A stretch of DNA of 54,314 bases, filler included, from Sluysia triapertura (GCA_046118255.1; 4 parts of 4 records of this genome joined end to end with filler, not necessarily neighbours in it), one strand, 5' to 3'. Shown: positions 1 to 12,182, counted from the first letter of the whole stretch. Numbers and translations are program-made. Notes: generated by a model from the sequence alone, not told the origin.

Positions 1-128
1 AACGATTATGCAAAACATTGTCCTTATTTAATCCTATAAAACAATATGTAACATGACCTGCTTAAGCCTGAGAAACTTGCAGAAATACGAGTGGGACCAA
101 TTCGTCCCAGCGGCGGCGAAAGGGTTAA
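1..128. mobile_element. Terminus of a piggyBac-type element (rest lies outside the window or is unrecognised)
   Basis: Ends ...GGCGAAAGGG (124) followed by TTAA (125-128), with a subterminal palindrome TGGGAC-CAATTC-GTCCCA (92-109). Same layout as the complete MITE at 36471-36695. Confidence 0.6.
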
Positions 129-1351
129 AGAGTTGATGTTATTAAAAATATTTGTGATTGGTTACTTTTTGGAGCTTGAACTATCACATTAACTAAAAAT
201 TCAAAACTGGTCCATTGTCAGTATCAACTCAAAAAATTCTTATTAATTTTCGAAATAATACAAAAATTATTGCCACCTGTACAATCATTTGATACAGATT
301 TTAATGCTGTTAAATAGTACAAGAACCAAGACCTACTAATTGAAAAAAATCAATGCCTATTAGTAATGTTCGGTTTGATAGTAAAATGTTTTTAAGAGGA
401 GATAGAGTTATTTTGAAAAATAAATAACCGCAAAAATTTTAAATAAATTGATGGAAGTGTTGATCTTCTTGCTGATGAGGTTAATAATATTTTAAAAAAT
501 TATGAAGATATGCTTTTCATCTAGATTAATGTTAAAAGTAATGTTTTAGTTAATGATGAAGATTCAGCTCTTTCTAGAAACCTGAAAATATGGCGAACTT
601 CGAAAAGCCTTTATTTGATTGCATAATTGATGAACATGCTGAAAATATGGAAAGATCTGTTCCACATGATGTTAAATAATAATAAAAGACAATTGATTTT
701 GAATGTAAAATAATAATTGAACAAATCAAATTGGTAATAAAGATAATCCAAAATATAAGACTTACTGAAATATTTCGAATAGATGTAATAAACTTTGAAA
801 TAGTTAATGTGGGTTTTTATGGGTTTTTCTTTCGACTGGGCTAAACTTCAATTATCTGAAGTTATTTAAATCATATTTTTCTTCACAATCTTAAAAACGT
901 TATTGCGTTTATAATGCATTTTCATCTTTTTCTAATTATGGTTTTTTTTGTGGTTGACATTATAACATTATAAATAGAAAAATCTCCAAAAGTATTTTTT
1001 ACCAAGTTCTATTTCCCGATCAGTGACACAATTCAAATGCACATAAAATTAATTTAAGAAATGAACAAAAATAAACTAACAATATCTTTAGATAAATTTG
1101 TTCATTATATTTCCACATTAACATTTTGCATCTTAAATTTTATTTGATTGTATTGATTTGTTTAAGATTTGGGTTTATTAAATTATTTGTTTCTCTAGAG
1201 AAAGTTTCTTAGTATAATATACATTTTTAATTTTGTTTTCTATTTAAATCCGACTTGCTAATTCAAAAATTGATAATTTTAAATCATATATCTTTATTAT
1301 TTAAACTGTTCTGCTTAATGGAAACCGGATATTTATATTTTAGTACTTTAT

Positions 1352-2730
1352 ATGTCGGAAACAAATGATGTAGAAACTATTATAAAAAAAATATCAAATG
1401 TTAAATATAGAGAATACTAAGAAAATGAGAAAGGATACTTTATTATAAATTAGTGAAATTTGTGAATTATTAGATAATTTAATGAATAATTCAAAAACAG
1501 AAATAAATGAAAAGTCATTTCTGCTAATAAGGAATTAGAAACACCGGCTGAAGAATTCTCTAAAATTGAAAATACCAAATATGAAAAGGGCGAAAAAATC
1601 AAAAATCAATTGAAAATAAAAAATTAAACATTAATCAAAAAACAAATAATCTTAATAAAAGCTACAGAATGGTTTTAATAAAGGATGAAGATAAAACAGC
1701 GAAAGGGTTCTAGATTTCAAAAGTATTTTTAAAAATTCTAGGATAAACAAGTACAAAAAACAAAGACCTCTAACTTATTAATCGACTTTGTTGACAAAGA
1801 AAATAAAAAAATCAGCTAATTATGGCATTAACAAATCTCATCTTGGTTCTACCTAAAATTTTAATTAATGATGTAAGTAATGATATTAGTGATAGTGATG
1901 TAATAACTGATATTATTGATAAAAACATAGAAATTGAAAGATTAGTTAAAGAAAGTGAGACTTTAGACTTCGTGTTTATCAGACCTAGCTAAGATGGATT
2001 TTATAAAAAAGTTTATATTAAAGTCGGATGCAAAATAAAGAACTATTTTGATTTGAATAGTACTGTATATGTAGGTTTTCAAAGCTGTAAAGTTATGGGT
2101 CATCATCATAATATACAATGTTATTACTGTAAAGCTTTTGGTCACACTGCTCATAATTGCTCATAAATTAAACATGTTTTTGCTGTTCTAAGAACAAGAG
2201 AAGTCCGAATAAAGAAAACGAACAGTTATACAAGTGCATAAATTGTGGAAAAAGTCATAATGAGTTTAATCATGCAGCTAATTCACATAAATGTCCAAGA
2301 TATATGGAAATTTTAAAAGATAAGACAAATTATGAATCTTAATCAAAAAACTAAGATTGCATAAAAAGTCTGCAGAATATTCAAAAAAGGATTATATTAA
2401 ATTTAGTATTCAAGACGTTAGGTATGTTCAAAATAAAGCTATGAAAATTACTGATTATGTATGAAAATAACATTGACATATTTCGTTTAATTGAAACTTT
2501 GATTAAAGATGATAAAATATTTAATTCATTATATCCTCTATATGGATATTTATTTTTTCATAAATATAGATAAGGATCAATGGTGGTGGTATTGGTATTA
2601 TAATAAATAATCAAATAAGTGCCAAATTAATTGACATTGTTTCAGTTAAATATAAATCATTTCAACATATAGAATTAAATATTACTGAGACAAATTAAAG
2701 AATATTTGGATGACGATAAACAATTTTATT
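1352..2730 (+). mobile_element. Degenerate L2/CR1-group LINE, 5' part: ORF1 with zinc knuckles plus start of the ORF2 APE endonuclease
   Basis: Manual translation gives TVYVGFQSCKVMGHHHNIQCYYCKAFGHTAHNC (CX2CX4HX4C, ~2060-2160) and KCINCGKSHNEFNHAANSHKCP. It then gives IKFSIQDVRYVQNKAMKITDYV, NNIDIFRLIETLI and GGGIGILIN...SFQHIEL, which are APE N-terminal motifs. Many stops and frameshifts. Confidence 0.8.
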
Positions 2731-3471
2731 ATTCTTACGAAATAATTATGAGTATTACGTTCTATTATTATATAATTAGTAATCAAATTTTTACAATTAA
2801 ATTGCTTTAAATTAAAAGGAAAAACGTTTATGAAAGTTTTAAATAGAGGTCTGTATAATAATTTTATAAAACAAAATTCTAAAGTTTTATTTTCTATTAC
2901 ATAAATTTTAATAGTAGAAAAATTATGAATTATTAATTTTATCAGGCGAATGGTTTGTTTCTTGAACCACCAAAGATTGTTTCCATAGCATATTCTTAAT
3001 AAAAATAAAAATTGTAACTGCATATAAATTTTTGATAAAGGTAAAAACAGCGTATGCTTTTGCTGATCTCGCAATTGTTAAATGTAGATAGCGAACTGGT
3101 TGGATTAATTCGTAGAGACTATAATAATTTGTTTAACCTATTCATGTGTTTAATTAAATTGGAATCATTGAGACGATTGTTAATTATTTCGAACACTTTA
3201 TGACCGTATTGACATGAATGACCGAATCTGCGTCAAACACCAAAATCGTCTGTACTGGATAATCATATCCCAGTTATATTGTTACTTCTATAAATTTCAT
3301 TTTTGGACTGGAGAAAGAGAGCTCTTTCTTTTTCTGAATTCTAGCTTTTCCATATTACTTGTATTAATTTCTTTGCAAGGCTTGCATATGTCTTACGTTT
3401 CTAATTGCATTATCTAAATGAATATGACAACAAAATTCTATGAATGAATGAAGTTGCACTTTATACAACAC

Positions 3472-3790
3472 TTAGGTATTGACTAAATAGGAAACATTAT
3501 TTTCATCTAAATTATATTTTATTCTTTTGTTCACAACAAATCTTGGTGTAGCAACATTAATTTCCATTTTATGTCCTTCTACTTCTTTTCCATGAAAATC
3601 ATTTTTCGGTTTCTCTGCACCGAATCACTTTGATCCTCTTTCATTAAAAATAATTTCCACATCAAGAATTACACCATAGCTTTTCAGTAATTGTTTTAAG
3701 TCTTTTTCTCGATACCTGAATGGAATATTTGATATATTCATTCTTTTAGGACCATTTTTTTTACTTCCACATTTGAAATGATCTTTTTAG
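3472..3790 (-). pseudogene. RBFOX: RBFOX/Fox-1 RRM pseudogene, no intron across the RRM
   Basis: Translates [70 protein letters not shown]. This matches the RBFOX RRM signature (PKRLHVSNIPFRFR...[21 protein letters not shown]...HGTVVEGRKIEVNNATAR). There is a TGA at the RNP1 Gly (3625-3627) and ~9 codons after GFG are missing. Confidence 0.9.
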
Positions 3791-3959
3791 TTTATAAAAT
3801 TCATTAAGTGTAATAAATAATTAAATGTTTAAGCTGCTTTATATTAACATCGAAAAATTGTTAACTAATTGATGTTTTCTTTTACAACTTTTTAACTCTT
3901 CATTTTTTCAATAAAATTTTAAAACCTTTATAATTGTGTTTATATAATTGTAGTAATGT

Positions 3960-4421
3960 ATATGTCGCCGGGGCAAATAACAAAACGATAAAATACGATC
4001 TCATATAACACCCTATCTCAATGAATTACATTGGTTGCCAATAAAAGCAAGAATAGAATTTAAAATTATGACAATAATTTACAAATGCTTACATTACGGA
4101 AGTCCTGAATATCTTTTAGAAATAAAACGAAAATGGAAAACCAAGATGAATATTTCATTTAAGCATGATAATCTATATAGTATCCGCAGTGATAATAAGA
4201 GCTAGATGATAGGTTGTATACCGTTTGTCTCAAAAATATATAACCAATTATCAGAGAATGTCAAATTATTGGAAGATTATGAAATATTTAAGAAAAAGTT
4301 GTTTCTGTTTCAGAAATATTATGATGAATGATTACCTTAAGCGCTTTTGAGTATTTACACAGTAGATATGAGCGCAATATAAATTAATATATTGTTATTA
4401 TTATTTTTATTATTATTATTA
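3960..4421 (+). mobile_element. L2 LINE 3' end: ORF2 C-terminus, 3' stem-loop and (TTA)n tail
   Basis: From 4002: HITPYLNELHWLPIKARIEFKIMTIIYKCLHYGSPEYL...SKIYNQLSENVKLLEDYEIFKKKLFLFQKYYDE* (one internal TAG), the characteristic L2 C-terminus. Followed by AAGCGCTTTTGAG...GAGCGCAATATAAAT and TTA repeats. Confidence 0.9.
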
Positions 4422-5183
4422 GAAATTAGAACAATAATATAATAATTTATTATTATAATCCTTGTAAAATTATAATGCCATTTCAGTAACTCGTATGAAG
4501 CTACGTCTTCCACATATTCCACATCTTCAGTATCATCATCATCATCATCAAATTTCATAAATAAATTCATTCATAACAATTTGGAAAAGAACAGGTATTA
4601 TTTTTTATGAATATTTTTTATTTTTATTAACCAATAAAGTTTTTCAATCAAAAGTATCTATAAATAGTAAACAAATTTCCATTGGTTGTTAAATAAAATA
4701 TATATAGATATTCTATATTTAACATCCTAAAATAATTTAAATTTTGTTATCACTTGTTAGTTGAAAACACCTTTCTATTTTATCTTATTATTATTATCAT
4801 TATTATTTATAACAATTTCAACATAAAACAAAAACTAATACGAATACAAGCTTATATCAAGTCATCCTTCACACTTATTCTTGTTTATTACGATTTTATT
4901 TAAATTTAAATTCAGAATTTAATTATACAATCGACAAAAATTGACTTCTTGACATATCTCGAACAATATATACTAATTACTGACCGAATATCCCTATATT
5001 CGTATATAATACGATTTTCTTTTTTTTGAATAATAATCGTAGTGTGCATTAGAAAATTAGGCATTGTTACAAATTGTTACAAATTATGTTAACTTCTCGA
5101 TTTTAGAGGGCTCGCTTATTTATACCACGATTATCGAATCCATTTGCAAATAATGATCCATTCATTCCACCTTATTCATTCTA

Positions 5184-5225
5184 TACACGGTGTCCCAGAA
5201 GTAACCGAATCGCAAACTTAAATAA
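5184..5225 (+). mobile_element. Possible lone Tc1/mariner-type terminal inverted repeat
   Basis: TA followed by CACGGTGTCCCAGAAGTAACC, resembling CAGGGTGTCCCA-type mariner-like ends. No partner TIR was found in the contig. Confidence 0.3.
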
Positions 5226-5545
5226 AAATTAGATATCAAAAACGACAAATTTAATAGGTATATTTAGTATTTACTTTAGATTTTGATCTAATGTTGTATA
5301 AATTATAATTTCGTAAAATAATATATATATTCATTAACTTATTCGGTATATTTAGCTTGTACGTATTATAATCTGTTAATAATATTTGATACGATTTACA
5401 AATTTTTTGTTTATTAAAGAACATTATGAATAATCTTAAGTTATCAAAAATTAAAAATGAACACCGAATAGCATAACAATTTATTTTATTTGTTATATTA
5501 TTCTGGTTTACGTGACTATGCCACGAGTTAGATTTATAGGTTATT

Positions 5546-6115
5546 CTAAAATAAATCAGAGATAAAATATAATTCAAGATGATAAAATGAAAAGAAAAAT
5601 GTATGATTACTTTTGGATTCTCGTATATTTATTTCGGAGGTGAGTGAACCATTGTTATGATAATCGTGATCCACTTGAACATCAGGTATAAACAATTGCT
5701 GCAAATTGAAATTGATTCCGAGGTTCAATAAAAAAACTTTTAATCTGTCATGATGAGTGATGAAATCTGCTGGATAAATAAGAATGTCCTTGACTTCATA
5801 ACATGTGTGGCTGTATATACATCTCTCCCCATACTTGTAACACTTGCCAGTTGGAGTGATTGTGTATAGACAAAGAGTCATCTGTAGAGTTTTGTCATCA
5901 TTATAAAATGGCTTGAAATGGTCAGTTTTTGAATTGTCATTTGACGACGTTGTTTGTATTGAATTTACTTGATTAATTGTGACTAATGAATTGGCATCTA
6001 CTATATTTGTAATGACTAATTCATGATAAGCTAAAATTAAATTTGTAAACTTTTCTGTAATTTTATCATTAACCACAACGATTAATTTACAAATACTTTT
6101 ATCTTCCTTTATCAT
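5546..6115 (-). CDS. Unknown protein containing one atypical CCCH-type zinc finger; probably the 3' part of a gene shared with 6184-6657
   Basis: 189-aa ORF with TLCLYTITPTGKCYKYGERCIYSH (C-x9-C-x6-C-x3-H, 5807-5872). The frame extends upstream as RFKPNLCSKCK. Confidence 0.5.
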   Translation of the reverse strand: MIKEDKSICKLIVVVNDKITEKFTNLILAYHELVITNIVDANSLVTINQVNSIQTTSSNDNSKTDHFKPFYNDDKTLQMTLCLYTITPTGKCYKYGERCIYSHTCYEVKDILIYPADFITHHDRLKVFLLNLGINFNLQQLFIPDVQVDHDYHNNGSLTSEINIRESKSNHTFFFSFYHLELYFISDLF

Positions 6116-6183
6116 TTTGCACTTGCTACATAAGTTTGGTTTAAATCTAAATTTGTGATTTTTTATCGTAGTTACAAATCGTA

Positions 6184-6657
6184 TTAACTTTTAATTGAGA
6201 TGGATAGGACGATATAGCCAAAATTTTGTATTTGCATCATTCCATTAATTTGTTCATTCGAAAGGTATATGACTTTTAATGATACTGCATCCAATTCACG
6301 AGAATTACCAGATAAAACTAACAAATAATTATTCTGGTCTTTAGAATATGGAAGTACATCACATTCGTCTTTAAAACTAGCATTTTCTAATTTCTTGTTG
6401 TTAACCGAATGAATATCATAACTGAATTCTAATTTATCATTCACTTGACGGTCGAGTATCAAATTTATTTTCGTAACATCTGTTGTGGAAATGCAGTGAT
6501 TATAATAATATTGTGCCACTCCAGACTCACTGATGACTACAAGGCTATAAATATACATTAGAAAATAAGGATTAATGACCCATCTAAAAATGTTCGAAAG
6601 TTTTGGCTTTGAATATAGAGGTGATTTTGTAGTTGGAAGAAAAAATGAAAAATCCAA
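6184..6657 (-). CDS. Unknown protein, probable 5' exon of the CCCH-containing gene (join appears out of frame; may be a pseudogene)
   Basis: 157-aa ORF with globular-looking composition. A 42-nt GT..AG segment (6188-6147) lies between it and the next ORF, but splicing it leaves the frame off by one. Confidence 0.4.
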   Translation of the reverse strand: MDFSFFLPTTKSPLYSKPKLSNIFRWVINPYFLMYIYSLVVISESGVAQYYYNHCISTTDVTKINLILDRQVNDKLEFSYDIHSVNNKKLENASFKDECDVLPYSKDQNNYLLVLSGNSRELDAVSLKVIYLSNEQINGMMQIQNFGYIVLSISIKS

Positions 6658-7480
6658 GTTTGAAATAGTAAATTGAATTAGAACTTATATAAGAATGTAT
6701 TTGTAAAGAGTTAGAAAATAATTAAATTATTTAAATATAAATAATATTAAATATTTATAATTAAAATACATACTAATCCAATAACTTATGGAAATGTTGG
6801 TAAAGAAGACGAATAAATATGAAAATGAATCATTACTTGAAAAGAGGAAGCGGAAAAAATTATCGAACAAAAATAATGAATAATAATAAAATAAATTTTA
6901 AAAAAAACAGTTATCATACATTTTTTAATTAATCTAATTGCAATTATAATCTGCAATGTGATCGTATTATTCCTTTTAAATCATTAAAAAACTAATTTAG
7001 GCGTAAGGCCTTGAAAATAGCTATTTAATTCGTGAATAATTTTTAAAATACAATAAAATTCTTTGATTACTGTTTTTATAATTACATTATTCGACTTTAA
7101 ACAGAATTCTACCATATTACATACTAACATTATATTTACAAATTCATGATAACAATAATAATAATGAGTCCATGATTTTTAAAATTATTACTAAAGCTTA
7201 ATAACGTTGCAACGTTAGTTAGAATAAATTGAATATAATGATAACATAAGTAAGAAAATTTTTTATGCATATTTATATCGTGAATTGAGTTGTTGTTTAA
7301 GCTTTAAAAGATTGCATGTATTGTTGAATGTCCGATTGAGAAATAATGAATTAATAAGAAATTCAAACAAACTAACAGCTATTATAAATATTGAGAAATT
7401 GCAGTAAATATAGTTTTTTCATTATAATTAATAACATAAAGAACATAGTTAAACAAGGAAGTGCTTGTTTAAAGATTGAA

Positions 7481-8101
7481 TAAAGTAATAAAGATTGAAT
7501 TCATAATTTGATAATAAAAATAGAATTTATGATGTAAAATCGAAATTAAAAAAATAGATTTATATAGAATTTATAATTTGAAATTTAAATAAACGTAAAA
7601 CAGATTTCTTAATGATGATTATGATTATCATTTGACCTTTCAGAATGAATTATGAATTACATATAAATAGAGCTATGTAACAGCTAGTTAATGTCAATAC
7701 AAAAATTTACACAACCATAAATTTAAGTTTTCATTTGTTCATTACTTGAGATGTCTGTAAGAGAATTATTTATTCATTTTTTTGTTATTCGAGTTAATGA
7801 ATTTTTTTGATTAACTCGAATAGTGACAAAAATGGAACAATAATTCTCTGTAAGATATCTCAAGTAATGAACAATGGAAGATTTAAAATTATGGTTGTGT
7901 ATTGATTATTGTTGACATTAACTAGCTGTTAAGTAGTTCTACTTATACGTAATTCACATTTGACCCTGAAAGGTCAAATAATAATTAAAACAAATAATTA
8001 ATAATTTTGTTTTACTTTTATAAATATAAACAGAAATTTAAATTTCAAATTATAAATGCTATTTTTATTTTCAAATTATGAATTCTATCTTTATTACTTT
8101 A
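7481..8101. repeat. ~620-bp imperfect inverted repeat (fold-back), loop 7799-7809
   Basis: Paired blocks: TAAAGTAATAAAGAT/ATCTTTATTACTTTA, TTTGACCTTTCAG/CTGAAAGGTCAAA, AACAGCTAGTTAATGTCAA/TTGACATTAACTAGCTGTT, TACACAACCATAA/TTATGGTTGTGTA, TTGTTCATTACTTGAGAT/ATCTCAAGTAATGAACAA, TATTCGAGTTAAT/ATTAACTCGAATA. Confidence 0.95.
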
Positions 8102-8120
8102 CAACATTAAATTTTTCGTC

Positions 8121-8560
8121 CTACATATTAATATATGATTCAGTTCGATTGGTTCTCTTATGAATTATACATGAATAAATCGAGGTATGTGTTGTACATC
8201 GGCTTAAAAATTGGCCAACATAAATTAACATTAAACTAAAAGATAAACAAACCGAAGGGTGAAATGTTATTAGTTGTAATATCATTGACAAAATATCATT
8301 TAAAGTAATAACACCAATCACGGTGGAATTATTTGAATGTACCATATGAGAGGGAATGTTTTCATGGAACTCAACAAGATAATGGTAACATCTAAGCTTT
8401 AAACGTATTCTGTCATGATTAGTACCAGGTTCTGTCTTAAATTCATGTACAAAATAACGATTTACATATTCTTACTAAATCTTGTAAATGCATGATCATT
8501 GATTTCTTTACTTGAATTTTTATAGATAAATTCTCGAAAAGCTAATATTACCACTAGGTA
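8121..8560 (-). pseudogene. Frameshifted coding fragment of unknown identity
   Basis: FREFIYKNSSKEINDHAFTRFSK, then a frameshift, then EYVNRYFVHEFKTEPGTNHDRIRLKLRCYHYLVEFHENIPSHMVHSNNSTVIGVITLNDILSMILQ. Confidence 0.35.
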
Positions 8561-11381
8561 AATCTTGACTACGTAAATTATTATTGATTTTTTTAATTAA
8601 TTTTTAAAATATAAAATTATTGTAATTTTATAAGTATTTTGTACAATTTTAAAATCATTTCTGTTTTATAAAATATAAATTTTTAATTATTATTTTGAAT
8701 TTTAATTAAGATTAAAATTGCACAATGTTTGAACAGAAACAAAGCCATTTGCCTAGAGAAAATTTTAAACCTATCATTAATGATAAAATAGAAACAATGA
8801 TAATGAGAAAGGTATGTACGTAAATGTAGAGAAATGGATTCAAAAAACTATGAATTAAAACAATGTTTTTAAGGAAATTTGCGTACAGTGTTCTTTTAGT
8901 AATATAACTTTTACTAAGGTTCATAATGTTTTAGAAGTATTGTAATGAATGATTTTGAGTAATATATTGAAACATGTATAAGTAGAAGTAGCAGAAATAA
9001 CAACAATAATAATAGAGATACTAGTTATAATTATAATAAATATGAAGTATTACCACTTCGTTTATGATTGTACGTATGGAACAATTTGTTTGTGTAATAA
9101 GTGTTGATTTGTGTTAGTGTTTGTTCATGAATGCAGTGAATTGATCTAGAGTTAACTAGAATTCAATATTTCATTAGCAGTTACATTTGAAGGATGTATT
9201 AATAATGGAATGTTATATTGTTAGATCCTATTTTTACATCTGAGTTTTATTTTTAGTTTTGTTTTTATATTTATACTCAAACGTTTACTTACGTTTTTTT
9301 GATAAATTTTGGATTTTAAATAATTTGAAGCGGCTTAAGGTCTGGCAAAACTAAATTAACAAAATTTAAACGCCAATTAAACCCTTAAAATGACAACTAC
9401 TAAAAAAACAAAATAATATTAATCTAACACAGTTCTGAATCAATAAAATAATTTCTTTTGTAAATTACGATTTCCACTCTATGTTTTATTATTGCTACGT
9501 ACATTTATAGAAAACATCGGACATATTGTGGATAAAGTTATAATATAATAATAATAAAAACAATAGCGCAACAATAATGTTAAAACATTTTTAATAATAA
9601 TGTTAAATTTCGCAATATTATAAAGGTTGTGTTTGTTATTCTGAAAATATAACATTTAAATTTTGTTTTTGATTATATTATGTTGTTTGGTTATTTGATA
9701 AATGTGTTAAATTTAAAATTGAAGTTTGTTAAAGATTTTGTTTATGGTAAATGTGTTAGATTTGTTTATGCTTGTGTTGATGATAAGTTTGTTTTGCCTT
9801 GTTTTGATTTTTTGATTCTGCAATCTTCATAGTTATTTGTTATTGATTTTCTTATTTCTTTTCTCTTCATACTGATATTCATCTTCACATTCATTTCTGC
9901 CATCACTAAAAGTAGAATCTGTTTGATTTGCGTAATTACAATTTATTTACTCCTATTAAATTTATTGTAATTATTATTTCGACTATTATCGTAATTGTGG
10001 GAATTATTAATTTTATTCATATATCTATTATCATTGTAATTACCAGAATTATCTTTATTTCCTATAAATTTTGGGCTTTTATCTCTCTTATATTTATCCT
10101 CGTTATCGCTTACATAATTTATATTATCCTTATCATTATCCATTATCATTGTAATTATCAAATTTATCTTTATTTCTTGTGAATTTTGAACGTTTACCTT
10201 GTACATCCTTGTAAAGAATTATCACTAAACTATCCGTGAAATGGAAGAATTATTAACTTGTAAAGACCAATAAATTACAAATAGATCAAATATTTTACAA
10301 TCAATAAGTTATAAACAATTTGCTATTGTACTTGTGAATACTAATTCTGTTATTGTGAATATTATTTATACATATATTGTTGACCTTCTAATAATTTATA
10401 ATTTTTATATTTTAAAACAAATTATTATTTTTTTAAACGAATAAATTTAACTAATTTTTTAATAATTTATATTTCATATTTTATATAAAAATCATAAAAG
10501 ATACATAATAAAATTAAAATATTTACATAAAAATCGCATGAATATCAATTATATTAAGTTAATATTTACCACGCCAGATAATATAACAGACCAAAGAATA
10601 ACAGGTACAGATTAATGAATTTGATATTTGTTTATATTTCCGAGTGTTCGTCCATAAATGAATATTATAACGAGTTTCGTTTTTATAATATTCATTATAA
10701 AATAACACTATTTTATTATCTTTTTTTATTGGATGCATTAATTATAAAACTGTCAACTCGAAACAGCTATTAATTTATTCGATAAATCGTGTTTTATTTT
10801 ATTTTGGATTTTCCATTTTATTATTTACAAATTAACGGTATTTTAATACTTATGCTTTTACATAAATAGTTTTTTCTAGCATTTTCGATTACGATTATTC
10901 TTGTTCTAAATTTAAATATTTATAATCTAAATCATAATAATGTCTATAATAATTTATACATTAATAATCTGTATAAAAATCACTATATTAATAACATAGA
11001 ATTATATGATTTATGTGAAGCATCCATACAAAATATGATCTCCAGATTTTTCCCGTCTTTTAAATTATTGTCATTTTTTTAGTATACCAGTGAATTATTT
11101 TGAAATGCTATTTTGCTAAGTTGTTATATAGATTTATATTTTATATATACCCCAAAATCTTCTACATAATTCGTACAAATTTTGAAGTTTTTAAGGCTAT
11201 TCAATGAATGTGAGTTTGACATCGAAAATTCAGTATTTGAAGGTTTTGAATAAAGTTTTATTTCTTATTTTTTCAAGCTTTCGAGTATGATATCTCAGAA
11301 TTCTTTAAAGACATGATAATGTTATACAGATTGTTCAATAAAGAATAAAGTGTAAAGTGGGCGATTATGAAACTAATATAT

Positions 11382-11481
11382 NNNNNNNNNNNNNNNNNNN
11401 NNNNNNNNNNNNNNNNNNNNNNNNNTTAATTAATTAANNNNNNNNNNNNNNNNNNNNNNNNNNNNNNNNNNNNNNNNNNNN
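11382..11481. other. Artificial assembly linker (N44-TTAATTAATTAA-N44)
   Basis: Exactly 100 nt. The central 12-mer gives stop codons in all six frames and is identical at all three gaps. Confidence 0.98.
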
Positions 11482-11931
11482 AAATAACTTTAAAGAATTC
11501 ATTGTCTGACTGTGAAGCAACAACGATAACCGATACACTATATATACCTTATTACCGTAGTTCCTTCACAGTTTAATATTCACCTTGTTCATTTTTTTAT
11601 TTCATTTATATCTATATGTAAGAAAGTTTAAGATTTCAAAAGAAAAGTTCGTGTTTAACAATTAAAGAATAATTATGTATTATATTTTATTTGTATTTTT
11701 ATTTCATTTTATATGTATAGAAAGATAAGAATTGAAAGAACAAAATCGTGTTTTATAGTTTCAAAAGATTTATGCGTTTTAAATTACATAATAATAATAA
11801 TAACAACAATAATTTCGCCATTTTTATTATTATTAATATTGTTATTATTATTATTATCATCATTATCGCTGTTGTTGCTGCTAATGTACCTGAATATAAA
11901 AATTAAATTAAAATTACCATAAGTGGATTTA

Positions 11932-12105
11932 ACTGGTTGCTGCCATCACCAACGATGACAGTCTACGTATAATTTTTATTAGACTATCAGCGTGATGACG
12001 GTCAGTGATCAGTCATACTCATCAAAACTTACCTTTTAAATTTCATCCAATCGAGGTTAAAATATGCATTTGATGATTTTTAACGCCCTCGATTGGATAA
12101 CCAAT
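11932..12105 (+). promoter_or_regulatory. Putative promoter of the 12183 gene: two hairpin-forming segments, GATGAC motifs and inverted CCAAT boxes
   Basis: ACTGGTTGCTG...CAGTGATCAGT stem (11932-12013) and ATCCAATCGAGG...CCTCGATTGGAT (12045-12098), plus a third CCAAT at 12101-12105. All lie ~80-250 nt before the ATG. Confidence 0.4.
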
Positions 12106-12182
12106 AAAAGTGGCTGTCACAATTAAAAATAGTAAAATATTCCAGACAAGAAATTTTTATATAAAAGCATTCTAATCATTAT

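Noticed and set aside
8712-8924. HSFLNPFLY resembling a GPCR TM7 NPxxY motif
   Set aside because: No other transmembrane-helix signatures are in frame, and chance occurrence in AT-rich sequence is plausible.
9928-10206. Overlapping ORFs on both strands (also 11713, 43213, 45000/45064 and 4355)
   Set aside because: These are low-complexity ATT/AAT/GAT-repeat translations typical of AT-rich DNA.
11955-11996. SECIS-like ATGA-N12-AA-N21-GA pattern near the TGA-containing gene
   Set aside because: It lies upstream rather than in the 3' UTR, and helix II is offset by ~7 nt from the would-be GA quartet.
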